A DNA stretch of 64,000 nt, taken from the NCBI GenBank assembly GCA_964561085.1, contig CAZLNP010000001.1:75335-139334 (forward strand), read 5' to 3'. The notes beneath the pieces are model-generated. The model ran no database searches, had not been told where the DNA came from, and was given only the letters and a program-made list of their open reading frames with translations. Of this stretch, positions 28,421 to 36,710 are shown in pieces (positions within the stretch are counted from its first letter, which is position 1; each line of letters opens with the position of its first letter). The position numbers and the translations under genes are program-made. This stretch comes from an uncultured Candidatus Saccharibacteria bacterium (GTDB taxonomy: Bacteria; Patescibacteriota; Doudnabacteria; UBA920).

Positions 28421-29184
28421 TATATCTTCTCCCAAATACCTTTAAACATCTCGCGTAGGTTTTGCGCCATAACTGCATCGTGAGTCTCAACCATATAATG
28501 CGGGTGTTGATTTGTAACTATAAACATTACATAATCTCCCAAGACCACATGCGTTGCGGTAAAGTCTACAGTTTTATCCCAATATTTTGTTTGACGTCTA
28601 TCGTCAGATACTCTATTCGCAACTTCTTTTTCAACTTGTTTGTTATTTGTAAATACTCTTAAACCAAAATTTTCCGGAAAGATTTCCCAATGATACTCAA
28701 CCCAATCTTTATATTCTTCCAATAGAGAAGTGTCCTGGAATCCCCACCAATTTTTATCATCTAATTTCTTAGCACTTTCTATCCAAACTGGTAATTGCTT
28801 TTTAAGAAAATCAGCTAGCTGAGGTTCATCTATAAAACGAATTTTAGGCACTGAATACTGCTTAGACTTAGGTAACGCCTGGAGTTCTAAGATTGCCTGT
28901 TCTATGGCAGTCTTTTTTTGTTCTAATTCCTGCTCTTGAGATTTATATAGAGTACGAAGCTCTTCAGGTGGCAAAGCAGTGTAATAAGTAGTAGTTCCCC
29001 CTAGGTCTTCTTGAATAACCCCCTTTTTTACAAGTTCCTTTGAAACACCATATACAGTGGTTCTATTGATTTTAGAAATACGAGACACATCAGCGGCTGA
29101 TAGTTTGCCATTCTCTTGAATACATAGATATACCGAGATTTCTTTATCAGTGAAGCCTAATTGTTGTAAATATTCATTTAACAT
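28420..29184 (-). CDS. TrmB-family transcriptional regulator
   Basis: N-terminal LGFTDKEISVYLCIQENGKLSAADVSRISKINRTTVYGVSKELVKKGVI winged-HTH characteristic of TrmB, plus C-terminal sensing domain. Confidence 0.75.
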   Translation of the reverse strand: MLNEYLQQLGFTDKEISVYLCIQENGKLSAADVSRISKINRTTVYGVSKELVKKGVIQEDLGGTTTYYTALPPEELRTLYKSQEQELEQKKTAIEQAILELQALPKSKQYSVPKIRFIDEPQLADFLKKQLPVWIESAKKLDDKNWWGFQDTSLLEEYKDWVEYHWEIFPENFGLRVFTNNKQVEKEVANRVSDDRRQTKYWDKTVDFTATHVVLGDYVMFIVTNQHPHYMVETHDAVMAQNLREMFKGIWEKI

Positions 29185-29284
29185 AGCTTAATTATAGCAT
29201 GTTGTTGAAGATAAATCAACAGTTATTTAATGGCTTATTTACGATATTATTTAGATTAATTTCTACATTCTTTTGAAGTAGTAT

Positions 29285-29313
29285 TGACAAAAGAGCAAAA
29301 ATCTGTTATACTG
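29285..29313 (+). promoter_or_regulatory. consensus sigma70 promoter TTGACA-17-TATACT for the PLP-fold gene
   Basis: TTGACAaaagagcaaaaatctgtTATACT followed by GAGGAGG Shine-Dalgarno and ATG at 29364. Confidence 0.6.
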
Positions 29314-29363
29314 GTAAGTCAAAAATAAAAACTATTAAAAAACAAGTCTTGAGGAGGACAATA

Positions 29364-30422
29364 ATGAATACACTATCGAACAAAAGAAAGGCTCTCTATG
29401 CTTCAATCTTGGGTTCTGTAAAGAACTCCCCTGTCGAGTCTATCGAGTTTGAGGGTAACCATTACCACTTCAAGCTTGATTACAAACTTCCCTACGGGGA
29501 ATGCCATTATGCCAGAGTGTTTTCTCAGCTAATATATCTCAAGGAATGCTTAGGCATTATCAAACCTGGAGATACATTACTAGAAACAACTTCCGGTTCT
29601 GGCGGACGAGGTGCAGCTGCTGTAGCAACTGCTCTTGGATACCGGATTATAATCGGCCTTCCCGCCGGTGGAGAAAAAGCTCGTGAAGATGCCATCAAGA
29701 AAGCGGGTGGAGAACTACTTCTTACGCCGTCTGAAGCTTACGTAAATGGTTTCCCGGAATTCATCAAAAAGTATCTTGTTGAAAACCGTGGAACCAGATA
29801 TATCAATCATGTTATGGGCGATATATCTGGCAGAGGGATTTCCATTAATCATGCGGCGATTAATGCCTTCCGCCCATTTGTGTACGAAGTATTGGAAGCT
29901 GGTATTAAACCAGACGTTGTGATCAGTCCTCTTGGCAACGGGACTACAACGCTTCCAATGGTTGAGGGGTTCAAATCTCTCTTTGCGAAAACAGAAGTTG
30001 TAGGTTTTGAGTCTGTTGCTGCCGGTTATGCACACAGAAAATACTATGCTGGCAAGTACGAAGACATCTTCGGAATAAACCCAGATGTGTTTACTCGGCA
30101 TGACCTGCCGGGCTCATCACCTTCTCACACAACTTTTCCAATGCCCGCTCTAGATGCAGCAATACCGCAACTAGATGGTGTCGGATTGGTGACAAGTGAT
30201 TACACAGATCGACTGTTCAGTGAAACCGTTGGCTTCAAGCCTTCGGATAAAAGTAACTGGGTCGTGAAGTGGGATGACTTTCATCATTCTGCGCTAACGG
30301 AATTTGGCCGGACTGGCAGAGCCGGTTTCGCACTCGCCGTCACATTGGCACGTAAAAAAGAAGTGTCTGGCAAACATTTTCTTGTACCAATATTTGACGC
30401 ATCCTGGCATTACGATAGCTGA
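29364..30422 (+). CDS. PLP-fold type II (CysK/tryptophan-synthase-beta-like) protein, apparently lacking the Schiff-base lysine
   Basis: IIKPGDTLLETTSGSGGRGAA matches the cysteine-synthase [21 protein letters not shown] Gly-loop. The position of the SIKDR lysine reads GECHYAR. Start re-set from the track TTG to ATG 29364. Confidence 0.65.
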   Translation: MNTLSNKRKALYASILGSVKNSPVESIEFEGNHYHFKLDYKLPYGECHYARVFSQLIYLKECLGIIKPGDTLLETTSGSGGRGAAAVATALGYRIIIGLPAGGEKAREDAIKKAGGELLLTPSEAYVNGFPEFIKKYLVENRGTRYINHVMGDISGRGISINHAAINAFRPFVYEVLEAGIKPDVVISPLGNGTTTLPMVEGFKSLFAKTEVVGFESVAAGYAHRKYYAGKYEDIFGINPDVFTRHDLPGSSPSHTTFPMPALDAAIPQLDGVGLVTSDYTDRLFSETVGFKPSDKSNWVVKWDDFHHSALTEFGRTGRAGFALAVTLARKKEVSGKHFLVPIFDASWHYDS

Positions 30423-30529
30423 AAAGCGCTCGAACTGATTATCTTTACGATAGTCAGTTCTTTTTTATTCTAAGAACATACTTTTACATGAATTATATGA
30501 ATATATTACTTGTACATTTCTATGACTCT

Positions 30530-30760
30530 CGGGGTCATCTAGTGAACTCTAGGAGGTGTCTGAGTTTCCATATAAACTTCTCTTACTAAAGCCAAATAGT
30601 TTTTCCACCTGTACCTATAGGACCTACCACGCAAATTCAAAACACCCTCACGGGTGTTTTTGCGTAGGTTTTCATTGGCTATGCGTGAGTTTTCAGTTTG
30701 ACCTAAAAGTTTTGAAAACCACATGGTATCCATCGTGATTTGAAAACTTTATTAGCTAGG
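30530..30760. repeat. intergenic composite repeat, copy B (blocks shared with copy A and copy C) including a hairpin AAAACACCC-TCAC-GGGTGTTTT
   Basis: 30579-30629 TCTCTTACTA..TTTTCCACCTGTACCTATAGGACCTACCA is ~90% identical to 31682-31731. Other blocks match copy A. Track ORFs 30539..30733 and 30556..30738 lie entirely inside the repeat. Confidence 0.55.
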
Positions 30761-30782
30761 GTAAAGTGAGTATAATGAATAT

Positions 30783-31667
30783 ATGAGTGAATTTAATAAA
30801 AACATACCAGGTACAGAGTTCAGTAATATCCCAGCACAGAGGGAAAATATAGAAAAACCATCTCCGGAATCCATTGCTTTAGAAAAACTAAAAAGCTCAG
30901 GCGAGATATTGTCCTATTACAAACAAAGCCGATCTACTTATATCGACATGAATGGTTGGCAAACTGATTTATCTGACGAAGAGGTTATTAACCATTTTAA
31001 GGAATCCCCTACTTTATTCCATAGCACATTTTTAACTAAAGAAAATAAAATAGAGCGGATAGGCCAGCAAGGATTAACAACCGAATCCTTCCGCGAACGC
31101 GCTGGTATTAAACCAGAACCACCCCTTGCAGAGGTGGTACAAGAAGCGAATGAGTATACAGAAGACGACTTTTGGAATGACATGATGGAAATGGAATATG
31201 ATATGGATAGTGCTTTCAAAAAAAGTCCTGAATACAATAAAAAGTATATATCCTTTTCATACTTACCTTGGTGGAATGAGCGTGAGATTATTGAAGATGC
31301 CCCGAATTCCGAATTTGACTTTGATGATAATGGCAAGATTAAGGATTTGAAAATTAGCATAGCACTTAATCCAAAATCTGGCCGTAGAATAATCGAAGAA
31401 AATCTAGAAAGCTTGAAAGATAATGATAGCGAGATAGCAAAGTTAGGCCGATTAACTTCCTTCTGCGAAGTCCTCGAACCAATCCGAACGGCACCCAGAG
31501 ATTTTGCTGCAATATTCCTATTAATCAAAGGTTACGAAGATATTGACGATCCAAAGAAAAAAGAATTATTTGTAAAATTTATTGAAAGATTAGGAGGCAA
31601 AAGTCAGTTGCCTATCTTTGATTACTACGGTAATTTGCTTTGGCCCCACCAGAATAAAGCTAACTAA
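30783..31667 (+). CDS. hypothetical acidic protein (294 aa) flanked by direct repeat copies B and C
   Basis: ORF from track; no motif assigned. Confidence 0.45.
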   Translation: MSEFNKNIPGTEFSNIPAQRENIEKPSPESIALEKLKSSGEILSYYKQSRSTYIDMNGWQTDLSDEEVINHFKESPTLFHSTFLTKENKIERIGQQGLTTESFRERAGIKPEPPLAEVVQEANEYTEDDFWNDMMEMEYDMDSAFKKSPEYNKKYISFSYLPWWNEREIIEDAPNSEFDFDDNGKIKDLKISIALNPKSGRRIIEENLESLKDNDSEIAKLGRLTSFCEVLEPIRTAPRDFAAIFLLIKGYEDIDDPKKKELFVKFIERLGGKSQLPIFDYYGNLLWPHQNKAN

Positions 31668-31681
31668 TGATATAATAAATC

Positions 31682-31770
31682 TCTCTTACTAGCGCCATAA
31701 AGGTTTTCCACCTGTATCTATAGGACCTACCAACAGTCCGCAGTATCGAGAGACCCAAATGGGTCTTTTA
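31682..31770. repeat. intergenic repeat copy C plus terminator-like hairpin AGACCC-AAAT-GGGTCT-TTT
   Basis: See copy B; the repeat is followed about 20 nt later by a stem-loop and T-run. Confidence 0.5.
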
Positions 31771-31786
31771 AAATAATTTATTATAT

Positions 31787-32596
31787 ATGAAAAATCGCAT
31801 CATTTTAATAAGCATAATATCCATTGCTTTATTAGCCGTTAGCTGCAGCGAGCAAGCACCGTCTGTTGATAATGCCAATACAAACTTACCTACATCAAAT
31901 TTACAAGAAGCAGATAATTCAAATAATTCTCAGCAAACCGATAATAATTTTTACGACAAAATTAACCAGAATACTAGCACTTGGAAAACATATTCCAATA
32001 ATTCTTTAGCGCTATCGTTTCAATATCCTAATGAACTAGGTGAAGTAAAAGAGGGCGCGGGTTCAAATGGTTATTCTCATGATTTTTCATTCACAAAAGA
32101 AAACCAAAGCTACAGCTATACTGCCATTCTTCCTTTTTCCCGAGATTCTATAAATAGCTATAACAACCAAATCAAAATTGAAAATATGGGAGAACGAGGC
32201 CCAGGTGAAACAAACGATTTTCCTGTAGAAATAGCAACTACTATAATTACTACAAAGCCAGTCGATTATAATTGCTCAAAAGATTTTGGACTTGATGTAA
32301 CTGCTAATGAATTTTGTAGCATTGTAAATATTAACGACACCAAGATTATCAGATCCATAACCAACGGCGATGGGCCTAATGGTAGAGATGCATCGTCTCT
32401 TGCATATTTATTCTATAAAGATGGTGCTTGGGTATCGTTTGCAAAAACTTTTTATGTATATCGATTTAGCAATGACGAAAGTTCTTACCCCAATTCCATG
32501 CTGAGCAAAGAATTAAATGCAAAAACGCGCAATGAAAAAGTAAAAGCTGAATTGGATATATTCGATAAGATGTTAAAAACAGTAAGTCTGGAATAA
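31787..32596 (+). CDS. hypothetical lipoprotein
   Basis: MKNRIILISIISIALLAVSC: signal peptide with lipobox-like LAVSC. Confidence 0.55.
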   Translation: MKNRIILISIISIALLAVSCSEQAPSVDNANTNLPTSNLQEADNSNNSQQTDNNFYDKINQNTSTWKTYSNNSLALSFQYPNELGEVKEGAGSNGYSHDFSFTKENQSYSYTAILPFSRDSINSYNNQIKIENMGERGPGETNDFPVEIATTIITTKPVDYNCSKDFGLDVTANEFCSIVNINDTKIIRSITNGDGPNGRDASSLAYLFYKDGAWVSFAKTFYVYRFSNDESSYPNSMLSKELNAKTRNEKVKAELDIFDKMLKTVSLE

Positions 32597-32714
32597 TCAT
32601 ATTTGCATCGATTTTGCCCTAAGACTCGAATGCATCAAAACGACTGTGTGAAATCTCCTAGAAATCCTTTATAGCTCCCCTAGTTGATCAGTTCTAGACG
32701 CGGTATCACTACCA

Positions 32715-32752
32715 AGAAAAAAGTACTCCAATTATTGGAGTACTTTTTTCTT
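32715..32752. terminator. bidirectional intrinsic terminator
   Basis: AAAAAAGTACTCCA-ATTATT-GGAGTACTTTTTT perfect 14-bp stem. Confidence 0.65.
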
Positions 32753-32805
32753 TGCCATGCTTGCTTATTGAAAGCAGTTCAATCCAAACTACTCCTAAAT
32801 AATTC

Positions 32806-33549
32806 CTACTTCTTAGTCACACTTTCAATTGCTCTAAGGATTTCAATCGGTAAAGCAAAGATGACTGTGTTGGATTTATCTGAGCTTAAATCATTTATAG
32901 TATTCAAAGTACGCAAGTGCAAAGCACCTGGTGCTCCAGACAAAGTTTCAGCTGCCTTCGCTAAGTTATCTGCAGCAACGACTTCCCCCTCAGCTTGAAT
33001 AATCACAGAACGACGTTCACGTTCTGCCTCAGCTTGACGACCAATCACACGCTTCATTTCTTCCGGCAAAACTACATCTTTCAATTCAACAGATTGCACA
33101 TCAACTCCCCAAGCATCGGTAGCATCATCTACTATGCTGCGAATTCGTTCTGCGGTTGCTACACGACTAGAAAGTAATTCATCTAAAGTGACCTCTCCTA
33201 CTACATTACGCATAGTCGTTTGAGCTAACTGAGAAACAGCGTAATAAAAATTCTCTACCTCGATGATCGCTTTTTGTGCATCGGCAATTCTGTAGTAGAT
33301 AACAGCGTTTACACTTGCTGAGATGTTGTCCTTAGTAATAGTTTCTTGATTTGGCACATCCACTGCTTTAATACGCATATCAACTTTTTGATAGCTCTGG
33401 AATACAGGGATGACTAATCTCCAGCCTGGCTCCATAATCCCAGAGAACTTTCCGATTGTGAACCTGACCCCTCGTTGATATTGGTTTATCTGTTTGATTG
33501 AGATAAGCAAGATGAAACCAATAGCTCCTAGCAAAATTACAAATATCAT
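32806..33549 (-). CDS. SPFH/band-7 (stomatin/prohibitin-like) membrane protein
   Basis: N-terminal TM then YQRGVRFTIGKF...; 247 aa, typical SPFH-domain organisation. Confidence 0.8.
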   Translation of the reverse strand: MIFVILLGAIGFILLISIKQINQYQRGVRFTIGKFSGIMEPGWRLVIPVFQSYQKVDMRIKAVDVPNQETITKDNISASVNAVIYYRIADAQKAIIEVENFYYAVSQLAQTTMRNVVGEVTLDELLSSRVATAERIRSIVDDATDAWGVDVQSVELKDVVLPEEMKRVIGRQAEAERERRSVIIQAEGEVVAADNLAKAAETLSGAPGALHLRTLNTINDLSSDKSNTVIFALPIEILRAIESVTKK

Positions 33550-33581
33550 AGTTTTATCCTTTAATTACAGTTAGTCTAGCA

Positions 33582-34760
33582 CTAAGATTTGCGAGCGTAA
33601 ATATACGCGGCAAGCAGCGTAGCCACTGGCACTGCCAATATTAAAGTGATGCTTCCCACCAAAGCTCGCACTAATTCTTCAGCCATGAACTCACTATTAA
33701 GTAGAATCCAAAGCGGCTGAGACTTTTGTAAGGTCAGCAGTAAAAACAGTGGCAAGGCTGCGCCGGCATAGACTAAAATTAATGTGTTTATTAGAGAAGC
33801 AATGTGTTCTCTACCAATCGACAACCCTTTTTGATACAAAGCTTTCACGGACAAAGTTTGATCAGTTTTGTGCAACTCTTCTACGGCGGCAGTTTGAGCC
33901 GTTGTGACATCATCCAGAACTCCTAGAACAGAAATCATAATACCAGCAAGTAAAATCCCTTGAAGATTAATACTACCTAAGAAACCTGTCTCTAGAATGA
34001 AGGCATCGCTTTGACCGAACCCAAATATACTAGAAATTTGTACGAACGCGTAAGCAATGGCAGCCGTAATAGCTAAAGAGATAATCGTACTGACAGCAGA
34101 AATTTGAATGCGCTTATTGAACCCATGAGAGATGAACATGCTTACTAACACAATTGCACCTGCTCCAACCAGTGCCACCAAGAACGGATCTTTCCCCGCT
34201 AAAATTTGTGGGGCGATGAAGAAAAGAAGTATACATCCAGTTATTCCTAATCCTATTAGTGAAGTTAAACCACGGCGGCGCCCAACAATTAATGCCAAAG
34301 CTAAAAATACACCAACAACAATGTATAGCCCCGGAAGTCTGTACCGATCTATAATCACATATTCTTCAGTCACTTCCGCGGAAATCGATCCAAGCACGAC
34401 TTTATCGCCGACTTCATATTGCACACTACGAGCTGCATCTAGAATTTGGGTGTTATCTACTAAAACTTCTTCACCTGCATCTTCAGCGTCATCAGTCAGC
34501 CTTACTTTTAGTTGCTGAGTTATGTATTGAGTTCGCTGAACATCATCAACTTGCTCAAAAATAACTTCAATAACTTCCCCTTTAGCATAGCCCTTAAATG
34601 AGGTTGTATCTTGAGAAGCGTTCTCTTGGCTAAAAGATGAGTTACTACTTGGCAATTGCAAAACATAGACCCCAGCCGCGGCAATAATGATAGCAAATAC
34701 AATTAGAAGATGAATTAATCGAAATTGTTTAAACATATTTATAGTGTACATTTTCCGCAA
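33582..34760 (-). CDS. YibE/F-family polytopic membrane protein
   Basis: About 10 predicted TM helices after a periplasmic N-domain; resembles YibE/F family by overall pattern; overlaps the Fur-family gene by 22 nt. Confidence 0.5.
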   Translation of the reverse strand: MRKMYTINMFKQFRLIHLLIVFAIIIAAAGVYVLQLPSSNSSFSQENASQDTTSFKGYAKGEVIEVIFEQVDDVQRTQYITQQLKVRLTDDAEDAGEEVLVDNTQILDAARSVQYEVGDKVVLGSISAEVTEEYVIIDRYRLPGLYIVVGVFLALALIVGRRRGLTSLIGLGITGCILLFFIAPQILAGKDPFLVALVGAGAIVLVSMFISHGFNKRIQISAVSTIISLAITAAIAYAFVQISSIFGFGQSDAFILETGFLGSINLQGILLAGIMISVLGVLDDVTTAQTAAVEELHKTDQTLSVKALYQKGLSIGREHIASLINTLILVYAGAALPLFLLLTLQKSQPLWILLNSEFMAEELVRALVGSITLILAVPVATLLAAYIYARKS

Positions 34761-35170
34761 AGTCCGAACAACTCAAAAGAATGTCCAGTCACTTGCTTAA
34801 AATTTACAGAGTTTTTAATAGCTTTGCTTATGATGGAATCAAGATCACAATTCTCTATGTCTTCCACTTTCCCGCACTGACTACAAATAAAGTGATGATG
34901 ATCCTCTAAACCCGCAAACTCATAATGACCATGTCCATGCTGAAAATTAATTTGTTTTATCAAACCCGCCGCTAAAAACTCTTTGATAGAGCGGTAGACA
35001 GTCGCCATATCTGGAGCAGGTTCAGTGAATTTTCTATAAATCCCTTCTACAGACAGCGGCTTCTTACTCTTTGCCAATATAGACAAAAGCTGGACTTTTG
35101 ATTGAGTCGCCTTGAAACCTGCCTTCCTTAGCAAATCAGCGTATTGATTGTCGATTCTAGGTGTTTTCAT
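34739..35170 (-). CDS. Fur-family metalloregulator (likely Zur given divergent ZIP transporter)
   Basis: wHTH N-domain, HHHFICSQCGKV...C..C metal-site motifs. Confidence 0.8.
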   Translation of the reverse strand: MKTPRIDNQYADLLRKAGFKATQSKVQLLSILAKSKKPLSVEGIYRKFTEPAPDMATVYRSIKEFLAAGLIKQINFQHGHGHYEFAGLEDHHHFICSQCGKVEDIENCDLDSIISKAIKNSVNFKQVTGHSFELFGLCGKCTL

Positions 35171-35203
35171 GTTATTTACATACTAGCATTTAGTTGATCT
35201 AAA

Positions 35204-35245
35204 TGCAAATTACTTGCATTATCATTTTAGATATGATAGTATTGT
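35204..35245. promoter_or_regulatory. candidate Fur/Zur box in divergent fur/ZIP promoter region
   Basis: TGCAAATTACTTGCA palindrome and GCATTATCATTTTAGATATGATAGTATT containing an AATGATAAT-like half site. Confidence 0.3.
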
Positions 35246-35267
35246 TTCAATCAATAATATTTTTCAA

Positions 35268-36146
35268 ATGACAACAATCTATATTTTATTAGCCTCGTTC
35301 GCGGTGATGCTTATGTCTCTGGTAGGCATATTTACCGTGACTCGAGTCTTCCGTGGATGGGCGGAACGAAATCTAAAATACCTGGCAACTTTTGCAACTG
35401 GTGTCTTCATTGTGGTTGCATACAACTTAGTCAAAGAAACTTTTCATAGCGATATTGCTCTCGCTCCCCTACTTGGAATCATGCTAATTGGAGTTCTAAT
35501 TGCTTTTGCGGTAGACAAAGCTATCCCTAACTCTCATCACCACCATGACGATAGCGAGCACCCGGATTCACACAGTAAAGCTGGGGCACAAAGAATCATC
35601 CTCAGCGATACATTACACAACATTACTGATGGGTTTTTAATTGTCCCAGCCTTTTTAGTTGATGTGCATCTAGGATTGCTTACAACTGCAGGCATTATGA
35701 TTCATGAGATAGCGCAAGAAGTTTCAGAATTCTTTGTTCTTAAAAGCGCAGGATATTCGACTAAAAAAGCACTTACCATAAACTTTGTGACATCGGGGAG
35801 TATTCTACTTGGAGTACTAGGAGCACTATTCATTACCAACATTTCTGAGGACATAATTTTCTCTCTACTAGCAGTGGCTGCAGGAATCATTGTTTACACT
35901 ATATTAAAGGATTTAATTCCTTACTCACTCTCTGTCGCTAAAAAAGAAAAGACTTACCTAAAACATCTTGTTGCTGCGCTGGCTGGGATTGCAATCATTG
36001 CCGCGTTAACAACTGCCACTGCAGATACCCATGTTCATTCTGAAGATGAACATGCCCATACTGAGGAAATTCATCTTGAAGAAAATCACTCAGAGGAACC
36101 TAGTGCTGATATAATTCATTCCGAAGAAGATACACATTCTCACTAA
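35268..36146 (+). CDS. ZIP-family divalent-metal (zinc) transporter
   Basis: His-rich loop NSHHHHDDSEHPDSHS, conserved HEIAQE..F motif of ZupT/ZIP TM helices; start re-set to MTTIYILL. Confidence 0.75.
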   Translation: MTTIYILLASFAVMLMSLVGIFTVTRVFRGWAERNLKYLATFATGVFIVVAYNLVKETFHSDIALAPLLGIMLIGVLIAFAVDKAIPNSHHHHDDSEHPDSHSKAGAQRIILSDTLHNITDGFLIVPAFLVDVHLGLLTTAGIMIHEIAQEVSEFFVLKSAGYSTKKALTINFVTSGSILLGVLGALFITNISEDIIFSLLAVAAGIIVYTILKDLIPYSLSVAKKEKTYLKHLVAALAGIAIIAALTTATADTHVHSEDEHAHTEEIHLEENHSEEPSADIIHSEEDTHSH

Positions 36147-36147
36147 T

Positions 36148-36179
36148 CAAAAAAGCAGGCAATATTGCCTGCTTTTTTG
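36148..36179 (+). terminator. intrinsic terminator after ZIP gene
   Basis: AAAAAGCAGGC-AATATT-GCCTGCTTTTTT. Confidence 0.7.
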
Positions 36180-36361
36180 ATTATCTATCACTTTTAGGCT
36201 ATACTAACTAAGCCTTGGATATTGCTGAGGGAGAAGCGATAGGTCTCGCGTTATTAGACAGCGAGCGCTTCAACCATTGAATCAATATCAATTATAACCG
36301 GCTTGTCCGGTCTTTTTTTATATCAGACCGTGGCACAAATTTATAATTAAAGGAAAAACAT

Positions 36362-36667
36362 ATGCAATGTCCAAACGATCAAGCGACTCTCTTAATGACT
36401 GAACGACAAGGTATCGAAATTGATTACTGTCCTACCTGTCGAGGTGTATGGCTAGATAAAGGCGAGCTAGATAAACTAATTGCTAATAGCGAAGTCGGTG
36501 CTGCTCCTGCACAGTCATACCAGTCCCCTGCGCCACAACAACAACCGCAACAGCAATATCAGCAACCGCGCTACGAACAACAGCGTCCAACTTACTCAAA
36601 CGACGACCATAACTACAAAAAGAAGCACAAAAAAGAATCATTCTTAGGAGATCTATTCGATTTCTAA
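36362..36667 (+). CDS. zinc-ribbon (zf-TFIIB-like) domain protein with Gln/Pro-rich tail
   Basis: MQCPNDQATL...YCPTCRGVWLDKGELDKL matches the common bacterial C4 zinc-ribbon family. Confidence 0.55.
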   Translation: MQCPNDQATLLMTERQGIEIDYCPTCRGVWLDKGELDKLIANSEVGAAPAQSYQSPAPQQQPQQQYQQPRYEQQRPTYSNDDHNYKKKHKKESFLGDLFDF

Positions 36668-36710
36668 ATGATTTTAGTAAAACACGTGGCCCACAAAAAT
36701 AAGAACATGA

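Larger units (their letters stand above)
15918..32752. mobile_element. putative integrated mobile genetic element adjacent to tRNA-Glu (serine recombinases, primase-helicase, defense-like and modification cargo); right boundary uncertain
   Basis: Recombinase gene overlaps the tRNA 3' half. Replication module, iteron-like repeats, many hypothetical genes and an AT-richer look than flanking core genes. The far end is placed tentatively at a degenerate tRNA-3'-end-like sequence (32689-32714) followed by a strong bidirectional terminator. Confidence 0.5.

Noticed and set aside
30539-30738. Track ORFs 30539..30733 (-) and 30556..30738 (+)
   Set aside because: Both lie entirely inside the intergenic repeat copy B and overlap each other; the sequence is better explained as a repeat/terminator element.
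32689-32714. Treating CAGTTCTAGACGCGGTATCACTACCA as a definitive attR (tRNA-Glu 3' end repeat)
   Set aside because: Only about 18/26 identities and serine integrases do not require long direct repeats; kept only as a tentative boundary marker.
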